Assembly (NCBI GenBank): GCA_963774705.1
Contig: CAVZFW010000001.1
Span: 383,356 to 447,355 of the forward strand
Length of the DNA stretch: 64,000 nt
Source of the DNA: an uncultured delta proteobacterium
GTDB lineage: Bacteria > Desulfobacterota > Binatia > Binatales > Binataceae
Reading direction: 5' to 3'
The notes under the pieces: model-generated
The model's database searches: none
Seen by the model: the letters and a program-made list of their open reading frames with translations, nothing else
What the model was told of the DNA's origin: nothing
In this document: one piece after another, positions 48,558-60,810 of the stretch
Layout of the letters: each line of letters starts with the position of its first letter
Numbering within the stretch: the first letter of the stretch is position 1
Position numbers and translations under genes: made by a program

Positions 48558-50128
48558 CTACGGTCCTTCGGTCGGACGTTGCGCAATTCGTTCGCTGCGC
48601 GCCTTCAGCCGATTTAGCGCGTTGACCAAGGCGAGGGCGCTCGCCATCACGATGTCGCTGTGCGCGCCCTGGCCTGCCACTGTCATGCCATCTTCGCGCA
48701 CGAGGCACGAGACTTCGCCGAGCGCGTCGGTACCGCCGGTAATCGCTTTGACCGAGTAACGCTCGAGCGTCGGCGTGATTCCCGCGATTTTGTAGATCGC
48801 CTTGTAGCACGCGTCGACCATGCCGTCGCCGGTCGAATCCGAGCAGCGCTCCTCGCCCGCCACCCGCATCGTGACTTCGGCACGCGGCGTCGTCCGGCTC
48901 GACGAGGTGACGATCAGATCAACCAGTTCGAACTGGTCGCGCGGTGCGGCGACTTTCCTCGTTCGCCAGCGCGAGAATGTCGTCGTCATAAACAATCTTC
49001 TTCTTGTCGCACAGTTCTTTGAACGCGGCGAAGGCCTTTTGTACGTCGATCGTAAGTGGATCGACTCCCAGTTCCTCCAGCCGATTCACGAAGGCGTGCC
49101 GTCCCGAATGCTTGCCGAGGACCAGCTTATTCGAAGGTATCCCGATGTCCTCGGGCTTCATGATCTCGTAGGTCAGTTTGTTCTTCAGCACGCCGTCCTG
49201 ATGGATTCCGGCCTCGTGCGCGAACGCATTGTCGCCGACGATCGGCTTGTTCGGCGGCACCGGCTGTCCGATGATTTGCGAGAGCAACCGCGAAGCTGGA
49301 TAGATTTGGCGCGTATCGATTCCGGTGCTCACCTCCATCAGGTCTTTGCGTGTTTTGAGCGCCATCACCACCTCTTCCATCGAGGTGTTGCCCGCACGCT
49401 CGCCGATTCCGTTGATGGTGCATTCGACCTGGCGCGCCCCATTGCGAATGGCCGCGAGCGAATTGGCCACCGCGAGACCGAGGTCGTTGTGGCAATGGGC
49501 GCTCCAGATGACTTTATCGGCGCCCGGTACCTGCTCGCGCATAAACGCGAACATCCGTCCGAACTCCTCCGGGAATCGCGTGACCTGTGGTGTCCGGCAG
49601 GTTGATGATGCGTGCGCCCGCGCGAATTACCTCGGTGCAGATCTTCGCCATGAATTCCCAATCGCTGCGCGAAGCGTCCTCGCATGAAAACTCGACGTGG
49701 TCGAGATGCTGCTTGGCGCGCGTCACCGCCCAGGTCGCCGCGTCGAGCACGTCCTCGCGCGTCATGTTGAGCTTGTACTTCATGTGAATTTCGGAGGTCG
49801 CGATGAAGATATGCACGCCCGGCCGCTTGGCCTTCTCGACCGCGCGCAGCGCCTGATCGACGTCCTCCTCGCGCGTGCGCGAAAGGCTCAGGACGATAGG
49901 ATTGCTCATCGCTTCGGCGACGCGCCGCACCGACTCGAAATCGCCCGGAGACGAAGCAGCAAAGCCCGCCTCGATGATATCGACGTTGAGGCGCTCGAGT
50001 TGGCGCGCGATGGCGACCTTCTCCTCGACGTTCATGGTGCAGCCGGGGGCTTGCTCACCGTCGCGGAGAGTGGTGTCGAAGACGCGGACGTAATCGTCGG
50101 CGATCTGATCGGAATGGGTCGTGGCCAT
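48558..50128 (-). CDS. leuA: 2-isopropylmalate synthase; two frame disruptions (about 49540 and 48950)
   Basis: Fragments 49514-50128 (…[14 protein letters not shown]…), 48919-49554 (…[17 protein letters not shown]…GIGERAGN…) and 48558-48995 (LeuA regulatory domain) are colinear. Confidence 0.9.
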
Positions 50129-50183
50129 TACATTCTCCCTCGTTTGACGCCCTCTGAGGGCCGGGCCGGCGAAACCCGAGCGC

Positions 50184-50233
50184 TACAAAAAGAAAACGCC
50201 CCGGGTTGGCTTGCTCGGCCCAACCGGGGCGTT
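50184..50233 (-). terminator. intrinsic terminator (possible attenuator) 55 nt upstream of the leuA start
   Basis: The minus strand reads AACGCCCCGGTTGG-gccgagcaag-CCAACCCGGGGCGTT followed by TTTTCTTTTTG. The stem is 14 bp with one bulged G. Confidence 0.75.
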
Positions 50234-50257
50234 GATCTCAAAGTTTCAAGCCTTTTG

Positions 50258-50341
50258 TCAGGCTCGCACCTCAACGCCGTCGGCGTGGGCCCAGCTAAGG
50301 GCCAGAATAAGTAGAATTTCGAGGTGCAAACGCTTACGCAT
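50258..50341 (-). promoter_or_regulatory. 27-codon Leu/Ile-rich leader ORF upstream of the terminator; candidate leu attenuation leader
   Basis: ATG at 50341 and TGA at 50258-50260 give MRKRLHLEILLILALSWAHADGVEVRA. The six Leu use TTG, CTC, CTA, CTT, CTG and CTT. TTGACG (50374-50379), an 18-nt spacer and TAATAT (50350-50355) lie upstream. Confidence 0.35.
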
Positions 50342-50443
50342 ATCTCGACATATTAGGCGCGAGTCCGAACTTTCGTCAAGCCCGGAACGCGAGCGCTTCG
50401 TCAACCGCGGTCCGGCGAATGCAGCGGCGTGGCGTCGCGAGGC

Positions 50444-51220
50444 TCATCGCTGTCGGACTCCTCGGCCGTCGGTGATGCGTCTCGGGGCTTCAGCTTCCAG
50501 CGAATGCAGGAACGGCAGCTTGGCAATTCGTTCGCCGCGAGCCAGCAGGATCGGTCCCGAAACCACGTAAGCAAGCGCGAGGATAAACAGCGTGAACTGA
50601 GGCATCGCGAGAAACATCGCGGCCACGACCAGCACGCCGGCCATGATTTCGACCTGCGCGCGCTTGCGCGGATGAATCGATTTGAAGCTTGGATACGGCA
50701 CGCTCGAGATCATCAGGACGGCGAGGGCGAGCGTCATCGGCGCCATCAATGAGCACAGCGCTCGCGGCGAGTTCAATTCGAAGTAGCTATAGGCGAGCGC
50801 ACACCCCGCAATCAGCGCGGCGGCGCCCGGCACCGGTAACCCGGTGAAGCGGCGCTTGTCGGTTTTGCCGGTCTGAACGTTGAAGCGCGCCAGCCGCAGC
50901 GCGGCGCATACCACGTAAAGTCCGCAGATCACGATCGCGATCGTGCCCAGCGGTTTCAGCGCCCAGGTGTACATGAGCGTCGCTGGAGCGACGCCGAAGG
51001 CGACTACGTCCGAGAGGCTGTCGAGCTCGACACCGAACTGGCTCGAGGATCGCGAGAGGCGCGCGACGCGGCCATCGAGACCGTCGCAGATGAACGCCAC
51101 CGTGATCATCACGGCGGCCAACTCGAAATGGGAGTTGATCGACGAAATCAGCGAGTAGAAGCCCGCGAGCAGGCCCAGCGAGGTTATCGTCGCAGGAACG
51201 ACGAAGACGCCGCGTCGCAT
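50444..51220 (-). CDS. pssA: CDP-diacylglycerol--serine O-phosphatidyltransferase
   Basis: 258-aa ORF with the CDP-alcohol phosphatidyltransferase motif DGLDGRVARLSRSSSQFGVELDSLSD. Confidence 0.9.
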   Translation of the reverse strand: MRRGVFVVPATITSLGLLAGFYSLISSINSHFELAAVMITVAFICDGLDGRVARLSRSSSQFGVELDSLSDVVAFGVAPATLMYTWALKPLGTIAIVICGLYVVCAALRLARFNVQTGKTDKRRFTGLPVPGAAALIAGCALAYSYFELNSPRALCSLMAPMTLALAVLMISSVPYPSFKSIHPRKRAQVEIMAGVLVVAAMFLAMPQFTLFILALAYVVSGPILLARGERIAKLPFLHSLEAEAPRRITDGRGVRQR

Positions 51221-51316
51221 CGGATCGCCAGTTTTTTACGTTGCACTTTGAGCCGCCCCGAGATCAGCCGCATGCGCGCGCGGCTCTCGAAATCACGGCG
51301 TGATTCACCTGGGATC

Positions 51317-52039
51317 TCATTGCAATAGATCTCCGATTACGCTGATGCCGGCGCTGACCCGATCGCCGGTTCTGCACGGTGACGCGATAGTCGAGCGGGC
51401 ATAAAATGATCGACGCGGCTGCCGAACATGATCAGGCCGAGGCGTTGACCGCGGACGACCGCGTCGTGCGGGCGCACGCGGCATACGATACGCCGCGCGA
51501 GGTAACCGGCGATTTGCATGATCGCGTAACGACGTCCCGTCGCGTCGGTGAAGGTTATCAGGTTGCGTTCGTTATGCTCGTTGGCGTCGTCGCGAAACGC
51601 GGCGCGAAACTCGCCTGGCGTATGCGTGACGCGCGACCACTTCGCCGGTGACCGGCGCGCGATTCACGTGGACGTTGAGCGGCGACATGAAGACCGATAC
51701 CCGATGAAACTGCTCGCCCGATTGGTCGCCCGGCAGCGTGACCTTCGCTGACCTCGGTGACCTTGCCGTCCGCGGCGGAAAGAATCGCATCGGGCGGAGT
51801 CACAAAGTTCCGATCCGGGATCGCGGAAGAATGCGCCAATCGCGAAGGCCAGAATAATCAGCAAGATGCCGACCCGCGACCAGCCGAAAGCGAAGCAGAG
51901 ATCAATCCGACGATCGCAAGGCCGCGCCGCGTAACGGCACCCCTTCGGACGCAATCCTGATCGCCGTCGCCAGCCGGTCCACCAGGCCCCGGAACGAGCG
52001 GCGTGCGACTCGAATGTCGCCGGCGTCAGCCAACGGCAC
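51317..52039 (-). CDS. psd: phosphatidylserine decarboxylase (short, archaetidylserine decarboxylase-like type); several frame disruptions
   Basis: A GTG lies immediately after the ilvC stop. The fragments are …IASEGVPL…, …GILLIILAFAIGAFFRDP…, …FHRVSVFMSPLNVHVNRAPVTGEVV…, …MQIAGYLARRIVCRV…LGLIMFGSRVD… and …TGDRVSAGISVIGDLLQ* (TGA at 51317-51319). Confidence 0.75.
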
Positions 52040-53062
<1,023 letters not shown>

Positions 53063-53083
53063 GGCGATTGTTCTCCCCGAAAT

Positions 53084-53602
53084 TTATTCTCTGGCGTGGC
53101 GATGATTGTTGGTGTCGCGCTGGACTGAACGGGCAAGCGCGGTCTTGCCCGAGCGCACTATTTCCTTGATTCCCAGCGGCCGCACCAGTGCGATGAAGGC
53201 CTTGATCTTGCTGTCATCGCCGGTCACTTCGACCGTCACCGAGCGCGGTCCGATATCCACCACGTGGGCGCGAAACGCATTGACGATGGAGTCGAGCTCC
53301 ATCCGGGTGCGCTCGTCCACTGCGAGCTTGACCATCACGAGCTCGCGATCGACGGTCTCGACCTCCTTGAAGTCGGTGACCTTGATCACTGAAACCAGCT
53401 TGTTGAGCTGCTTATTGATCTGCTCGAGGATCTGGTCGTCGCCGCTGGCGACGACCACCATCCGCGAGACCGTCGGATCGAGCGGATCCTCGTTGACGGT
53501 TAGCGATTCTATATTGAAGCCGCGGCTCGAGAAGAGGCCGGCAACGCGCGACAGCACGCCGAATTCGTTTTCGACCAGCACCGATATCGTATGACTTGGC
53601 AT
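53084..53602 (-). CDS. ilvN: acetolactate synthase small (regulatory) subunit
   Basis: 172-aa ORF. HTISVLVENEFGVLSRVAGLFSSRGFNIESLTV (ACT domain) plus the AHAS small-subunit C-terminal domain. Confidence 0.9.
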   Translation of the reverse strand: MPSHTISVLVENEFGVLSRVAGLFSSRGFNIESLTVNEDPLDPTVSRMVVVASGDDQILEQINKQLNKLVSVIKVTDFKEVETVDRELVMVKLAVDERTRMELDSIVNAFRAHVVDIGPRSVTVEVTGDDSKIKAFIALVRPLGIKEIVRSGKTALARSVQRDTNNHRHARE

Positions 53603-53641
53603 CGCGTATGGAAAACCACTGCCGGCCTCGCCGCTTCGCGC

Positions 53642-53875
53642 TTAATGCGCGCTGTCGTGCTGATGGCGATTAACGAGTTCCATCAGGCGATCCTTTGAAG
53701 CCAGCTTTAGTTTCTGGATTCGTTTCTTTTCCAATTCCTCTTCCGGAGTAAGGTACAGTTTGTTGCGAAAGGCTTCCAGTTGATGTTTGAGTTCCAGGTG
53801 CTCCTCGTACAGTCTCCTCAAGTCCCCGTCATGAGCCGCAAGCTGATGGATCAACTCTTCCTCTCGATGTTCCAT
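53642..53875 (-). CDS. DUF465 (YdcH-like) small coiled-coil protein
   Basis: 77-aa ORF. …RRLYEEHLELKHQLEAF…LTPEEELEKKRIQKLKLASKDRL…. Confidence 0.7.
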   Translation of the reverse strand: MEHREEELIHQLAAHDGDLRRLYEEHLELKHQLEAFRNKLYLTPEEELEKKRIQKLKLASKDRLMELVNRHQHDSAH

Positions 53876-54590
53876 TAGTCCCTTCTCCCGGATTTACGGC
53901 GGTTGATTTGACCGAAGCTTCTGGCGCGCGAACGTAAAGCGGCTCCAGAGTGGCGATCTCATCCACCTCATCCCGCGCAACCCGCGCCGCGCCCAACGCA
54001 GCAACGAAGCTTCCTCTAAGGCTGAACCCAGCCATTCCGACGACAATCGCCCGTCCACCGTTTTTCCCGGCGTATGCCATAGCATCAGCGGCATTTGATT
54101 CTCCGACGAAGAGTACCTCGCCGGCGATACGAGACGCGAATTCATCGAGCGGAACTACCAAGTCACCCACCATCTTCTCTAGCGCATCCGCAACAACCTC
54201 GTAAAGAGAAGTGTAAACTTCTCCCTTGCGGGCGTCGAGGACAGGGCAAATCTTGACGCCGATAGTGCCAGCTGGTGACGTCGATCCGCAGAGCGCTATC
54301 GCGTCTAGAGAGGGAATTCCCACAATAGGGGTCTTAGCGCCGACCGCCAGTCCTTTAGCGTAGCTAAGACCTACGCGAAGGCCTGTAAAGGAGCCTGGGC
54401 CAATTCCGACCGCAATGGCCGACAAATCGGGGATTTCAATCCTCGCTTCGCGCAACAATTCCTCCACCAACACAGGCAGATCAGCGCCGTGAGATCGGAC
54501 CTGGCGCGACAGCGACGCGATTACGTGGCCGCCACTTACCAATCCGATACTGGCTGACCCGCTGCCCGTTTCGAGGCCCAGAACCGGACC
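53829..54590 (-). CDS. tsaB: tRNA t6A biosynthesis protein TsaB (YeaZ); start and 3' end uncertain
   Basis: …VLGLETGSGSASIGLVSGG…PDLSAIAVGIGPGSFTGLRVGLSYAKGLA…. There is no clean ATG in frame upstream. The 3' end overlaps the DUF465 ORF by 47 nt, so a frame slip is likely. Confidence 0.7.
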   Translation of the reverse strand, partial: GPVLGLETGSGSASIGLVSGGHVIASLSRQVRSHGADLPVLVEELLREARIEIPDLSAIAVGIGPGSFTGLRVGLSYAKGLAVGAKTPIVGIPSLDAIALCGSTSPAGTIGVKICPVLDARKGEVYTSLYEVVADALEKMVGDLVVPLDEFASRIAGEVLFVGESNAADAMAYAGKNGGRAIVVGMAGFSLRGSFVAALGAARVARDEVDEIATLEPLYVRAPEASVKSTAVNPGEGTNGTSRGRVDPSACGS

Positions 54591-54619
54591 CCGCCGCAGC
54601 GCCGGCGGCGAACAGTTGC

Positions 54620-55990
54620 TCAGCCGATAATACGCGATATGTCATTCAAGATGACGAACGCCATCAGGATAAAGAGCAGGAACAGCCCTACCTCCATCGC
54701 GACTTCGCGATGGCGTAGTTTGAGCGGCTTGCCGCGAATAGCTTCGATGATGAAGAAGGCCAGATGGCCGCCGTCCAGCAAAGGCACCGGCAGCAGATTG
54801 ATGATGCCGAGCTCGAGGCTGAGCATTACGGTGAAGATCGCGACGTCGGCGAAACCTTGGTGAGCTTCTTTGCCGGCCATCTGCGCGATCATAATCGGCC
54901 CGCCGAGCGCTTTGCGGGCTGGCGTCGAACCGTCGATGATCTTCGCGATGCCCGACGACGATGTCCCGCGAAATGGTCCAGCTACCCTCGACACCGCGTT
55001 GCATTGCAACGATCGGCGATTCGTGGCGTTTCGTTTCATCGCCACGAGGCAGCACGCCGATTATCCAGGCCTTGGACTTGCCACCGAAAATCGGTGTTTC
55101 TTCCTCCACCTGCGCAGGCTGGAGCGTGAGCTTCACGATATTGGCCGAACCGGCCGGGCGGCGCACGAACGAATTGCAGCGGTTTGCCGTCGCTCTTCCG
55201 GATGGTGCGCGCCAGCGCCTCCCACGTCTCGATACGCTCTCCGTCGACCGAAATTACCCCGTCGCCCGTGCGAAGGCCTGCGACCGCTCCGGGCTTGTTG
55301 GGCAGAATTTGTCCGATGACCGGCAGGGTCACGGGAACTCCGATCATGAAAACAAAGGAGAGCAGAATCGGAGCGAAAAGGATGTTGGCGAGCCGGTCCG
55401 GCGAGCACAATCGCGATCCGATGAGAGAGCGGCTGACTCGGAAACGCCCGTAGATTGAAACGCTCGATCAGCGCGGACGGCCTTCCTTCGCACAATATTT
55501 CGCGCGCGCGTTTGACGGTGCCGGCCTTCGCGACCTCGCGCAGCACCAGGTCTTCCTCGACGTTCGGTTGGTGGCCGAGGATCGTGCGCGCCCGATCGGA
55601 TGGAATCGCGCCACCCGGCGGCGGTGCGAGCTCACTAGCTATCGCCGCCAATGCCTCGTCGCCGCTCTTGCCGGAGGCCGCGAGCCATCCGGTCTGGCGC
55701 GCCGCCTCGAGCAGATCAAGCTCGATCTCCTTGATATAGCCCTCGAGCGTCGCCGCGCTGGGCTCTTCCGCGACTTCGTCGCCTAGCATTCGGACGTAAC
55801 CGCCGAGCGGCGTCGCGCCTATCGAATAGTCGGTCTCGCCACGCCGAAAGCCCCACACGCGCGGCGGATAACCGATCGAAAAGCGGATCACCCGAACGCC
55901 CAGCCGCTTCGCCATCGCGAAGTGTCCGGCTTCGTGCACCAAGACCAGAACGCCAAAAATGACTACGGCAGCGACGATAGATGTGATCAT
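54620..55990 (-). CDS. rseP: RIP (site-2) zinc metalloprotease RseP; about 3 frame disruptions
   Basis: The N-terminus carries HExxH ([19 protein letters not shown] 55133-55990). The PDZ part is …[29 protein letters not shown]… (55036-55410). The C-terminus is …[15 protein letters not shown]… (54620-55045). Confidence 0.85.
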
Positions 55991-56818
55991 AGGTAGTGCA
56001 GAAACCTGAATCTGTCCCTCATCGATTCGCTAGATAATAGTAAGTGAACATTGCCGCAAAAGACTAGGCTGCATGTTCGATCGAGCAATCCGCCGTGGCC
56101 GGGGAAAAGCCATCCCGAATCTTTCACGCCGGCGACTCGTTTGTAGGCTGACCCGGCCAGATCGCCGAGCTGTGCGAGTACGACCGACCGAGGTCGCCAA
56201 AATGACGATCGCACCGCACGGTCCATTGCTGGGCGAGCAGCGGCCGCAAAACGAGCGCGACGACGATGCATGCGGCAAGTCCGCCAATCGCACCCTCGAC
56301 GGTCTTGTTCGGGCTCACCCGCGGGAGCAGTTTGGTGCGGCCCAAGCGAGCGGCCGACGAAGTACGCGCCGCTGTCGCTCGCGACCACCAGGAGCAGCAT
56401 CAGAATGATGATCGGAATGCCGCCGTGACGATTGCGCAGCAGGGCGAAGTACGGGAAATAACGCGCCGACCCACAGCGCGCCAAGCGCGACGAACCATCG
56501 TCCATGCGGCACGGCCTCGGCACCCTGACGCGCGACGTACGCAACCAGCATCAGCATCGCGAGCGTCGTGGCAAGGACGAGCGGTGCCAAGATCGCACGG
56601 TGGCCGGTCAGGAGCAGCATAATCGCTGGAACGCCACCGGCGATCGCGACGATTGCAATCCCGAACGCATTCGCCCCGGTCGTCGCGACGATTTCATAAA
56701 GTCCCCACACCGTCAGGATCGCGATAAAGCCAGCGAATACGGAGGCCGGGGCGAACAGCACGATAGCGATTGTCGCTGGCAGGACGACGATCGCGGTCCA
56801 CAGCCTAGTTCGCAGCAC
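55987..56818 (-). CDS. cdsA: phosphatidate cytidylyltransferase; about 3 frame disruptions
   Basis: The fragments are 56315-56818 (TM-rich N-terminus), 56124-56345 (…[12 protein letters not shown]…) and 55987-56544 (…[16 protein letters not shown]…). The stop overlaps the rseP start (ATGA). Confidence 0.8.
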
Positions 56819-56842
56819 GCAGGCGATCGGGCGGGTCGGCTT

Positions 56843-57593
56843 CTACCGTGCCGAAGCGGCGCGCTGTCGCGTCTGGTACGCGGCAATCGCGCTCAGGAAA
56901 TCGCGTTCGCGGAAGTCGGGCCATAACGTGTCGGTGAAATAGAGTTCGGTGTAGGCGAGTTGATAGAGGAAAAAGTTGGAGATGCGCAACTCGCCCGAGG
57001 TGCGAATCAGCAGATCCGGATCGGGCATGGCAGCCGGTGGTTAATTCGCTCGCGACGGTCTGCTCGTCGATCTGCGCAGGATCGAGCTTACCCTCGGCCA
57101 CGGCCTGCGCGATACGCCGCGTCGCCATCACGACGTCCTGCCGGCCGCCATAGGAGAGCGCGAGCGCCGTGGTCATCGAGCGATTATGCGCCGTCATCTC
57201 GACGGTCTGTTCCAGCGCGCGCCGCACCTGCGCCGGCAGCCGGTCGAGGTCGCCCAACGCGATCACGCGGATGTCGCGCTTCATCAGTCGCTTTACCTCG
57301 GTCACCAGGTAGCGATGCAGCAGTGACATCAGGAAGCGCACTTCGGTCCCGGGGCGCGCCCAGTTTTCACTCGAAAAGGCGAACAGCGTCAGGTACGGAA
57401 TGCCGAGTTCGCGCGCGGCTTCGACCACCGCGCGGACCGAGTCCTTGCCGCGCCGATGGCCCTCGGAGCGCGCCAATCCGCGGCCGTGCGCCCAGCGGCC
57501 GTTGCCGTCCATGACGATCGCGACGTGGCGCGGCAGTCGTGCGGGATCGAGCGATAGTTTGGGAAATTCGTCGAGCGGTAGTGATGAGGCCAC
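56843..57593 (-). CDS. uppS: isoprenyl transferase (undecaprenyl-diphosphate synthase); one frame disruption near 57030
   Basis: …[15 protein letters not shown]…[11 protein letters not shown]… (ORF 56805-57593) joins …[35 protein letters not shown]… (ORF 56843-57028). Confidence 0.9.
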
Positions 57594-57628
57594 TTGCTGA
57601 TGCGAATCGGCGCCGACTGGCGAACCGA

Positions 57629-58183
57629 TCAGACCTCCATTATCTCGGCTTCCTTGGCGGCCAATATCTTGTCGAGCTTTTCGATGTATTCGGTGGTGTG
57701 CTGCTGCACCTTGGCTTCGGCGGCGCGCAGCTCGTCGTCGGTCAGCTTCTTGTCCTTGTGCAATTGCTTGAACTTGTCGTTAGCGTCGCGCCGATGATTC
57801 CGAATCGAGACGCGAAATTCCTCGGCGGTCTTGCGGATATGGCGCACCAGATCCTTGCGGCGTTCCTCGTTCAGCTCGGGAATCGGAATCCGGATGACCT
57901 TGCCGTCGTTCATCGGATTCAGTCCCAGGTCGGAAGTCTGAATCGCCTTCTCGATCTCGCCCATCGCGCCCTTATCGTAGGGCGTGACTACCAGCAGCCG
58001 CGCTTCCGGCGCGGCCAATCCGGCGAGTTGGCGCAGCGGCGTCCGCGTGCCGTAATAGTTGACGTGAAGATTTTCCAGCAGCGCGGTTGACGCGCGTCCG
58101 GTGCGCACGCGAGACAGTTCATGGCGAAAGGCGTTGACCGCCTCTTCCATCTCCATCTGCGCAAGTTCAATTTCCTCGTTCAT
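57629..58183 (-). CDS. frr: ribosome recycling factor
   Basis: The internal Met of ORF 57629-58393 starts [45 protein letters not shown]…[12 protein letters not shown]…. Confidence 0.95.
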   Translation of the reverse strand: MNEEIELAQMEMEEAVNAFRHELSRVRTGRASTALLENLHVNYYGTRTPLRQLAGLAAPEARLLVVTPYDKGAMGEIEKAIQTSDLGLNPMNDGKVIRIPIPELNEERRKDLVRHIRKTAEEFRVSIRNHRRDANDKFKQLHKDKKLTDDELRAAEAKVQQHTTEYIEKLDKILAAKEAEIMEV

Positions 58184-58955
<772 letters not shown>

Positions 58956-59028
58956 GACGCGTCAAAATCCTCGAAAAATGAACACATTTTGGCAGGGTGA
59001 AAATCGAAAACCCGAGGAAAACATTGCA

Positions 59029-59645
59029 CTAATTGGCTTTGTTGTCGTATATTTTCACCGAGCTGAAAACGCATGAAGCGGCGGACTTCAATTTTTTCGC
59101 CCAGCTTGCCGACATACTCGCCAATGACGTCCTTCATCAGGCGATTCGGATCGCGGACCCAAGCTTGCTCATAGAGGCACGGCATCGGCGAAGAACTTCT
59201 CGAGTTTGCCATCGACGATTTTGTTGATGACGTTCTCAGGCTTGCCGGAGCCGGCGGCCTGCGAAGCATAAATCTGACGTTCCTGCGCAATCACGTCTTC
59301 GGCCAATTCCTCGCGACGGACGGCGCGCGGATTAGCGGCAGCGATCTGCATCGCGATTTCCTTCACCAGGTTCTGGAACTCGGGCGTTTTGGCAACGAAA
59401 TCACTCTCGCAATTGACCTCGACCAGCACCCCAAGCTTACCGCCTGCATGTATATAGGAACCCACCGAGCCTTCCGAAGCAACCCGTCCCGAGCGCTTGG
59501 CGGCTTGCGCGATGCCTTTCTCACGCAGCCAGACCACGGCCTGATCGAGGTCGCCTTTGGTCTCGGCCAGCGCGGTCTTGCAGTCCATCACACCAGCGCC
59601 GGTTTTGTCGCGCAGTTCCCTGACCAGATTAGCGTTTACGTCCAT
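59029..59645 (-). CDS. tsf: translation elongation factor Ts (short form); one frame disruption near 59185, 3' end uncertain
   Basis: MDVNANLVRELRDKTGAGVMDCKTALAETKGDLDQAVVWLREKG… (ORF 59169-59645) joins …CLYEQAWVRDPNRLMKDVIGEYVGKLGEKIEVRRFMRFQLGE… (ORF 58898-59290). As sequenced, the ORF runs on to 58898, which I think is an artefact. Confidence 0.85.
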
Positions 59646-59756
59646 TCGTAATTCCGAGCGTAATCACCGGTTCGAGTCCGGCGTGGTTTGACGGGGCGGA
59701 TTAGACCGACGCCCACACGATTCGTTCCGGCCGCATTGGCGCGGGGGCGATAAACC

Positions 59757-60534
59757 TCAGACCTGCTGCGACGGGGGTTCGGGTTCCGGCGCGGCGACGT
59801 GCTCTTCCTCGGGCGCGAGATCCTCGATGCCCTTGGCGCGTTCTTCGGCCGAGCGCTTGCCGTCGATGATGGCGTCGGCGACCGCCGCGGTAAACAGCTT
59901 GATCGCCCGAATCGCGTCGTCATTGCCGGGGATCCGATACGAAATCAGATCTGGATCGCAATTGGTATCGACCACGGCGACGACCGGTATTCCGAGGCGA
60001 TTGGCCTCGGCAACCGCGATTTCTTCCTTCTTGGTATCGATGACCCACAAGCGCGTCGGGCAGCTTGCGCATGTTCTTGATCCCGCCAAGCGTCGTCATC
60101 AGCTTGTCGTGATGCTTGGCGTTGTCGCTCATCTCCTTCTTGGAGAGCGCCTGGATCATTTCGGGATCGGCCATCACCTCTTCGAGCTTCTTGAGCTTGT
60201 CGATGGAGGCGCGGATGGTCTGGAAATTGGTCAACATGCCGCCGAGCCAGCGGTTGTTAACGTAAAACATGCCGCAGCGGTCGGCTTCTTCGCGCACGAT
60301 ATCCTGCGCCTGCTTCTTGGTGCCGACGAACAGGATGGTGCCGCCCTGCGCGGAGAGGTCGCGGACGAAGTCGAAGGTGGCGCGGAACATCTTGACCGTC
60401 TGCTGGAGGTCGATGATGTAGATGCCGTTACGGGCGCCGAAGATGTAGGGTTTCATCTTCGGATTCCAGCGGCTGGTCTGATGGCCGAAGTGAACGCCGG
60501 CCTCGAGCAGCTGCTTCATACTGATTTCGGTCAT
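59757..60534 (-). CDS. rpsB: 30S ribosomal protein S2; one frame disruption near 60055
   Basis: [43 protein letters not shown]… (in ORF 59920-60624) joins …[34 protein letters not shown]… (ORF 59757-60089). Confidence 0.9.
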
Positions 60535-60810
60535 AGAGGATTTCTCTCTTATCGGTGGGCCGTCTCGGGACGGCGCCAACCCTTTATTGTACCCGTGCGG
60601 GCGCGAAATTCCTAGTGCCCTCACCCACGTTCGCGATGCTCACGCGACCTCTCCCTGGACAAGGAGAGGTGTCCCGGAACGCGGCAGTCGCGCAGGGCCT
60701 AGCATTGCCATCGTCAGAAAGTTCAGGGTTCGGACTCGTCAGGTTCAGCGATTGGGAGCTACCTCCGTCCTGGTTAAACGTCCATTGATGCGATTTTAAA
60801 GCCCGCACGG

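Noticed and set aside
59600-59700. tRNA-like T-loop motif (GGTTCGAGTCC at about 59667) in the tsf-rpsB spacer.
   Set aside because: No acceptor stem can pair with the 3' flank. The candidate anticodon hairpin has a 6-nt loop. The surrounding sequence cannot be folded into a cloverleaf, so it is probably just an intergenic hairpin region.
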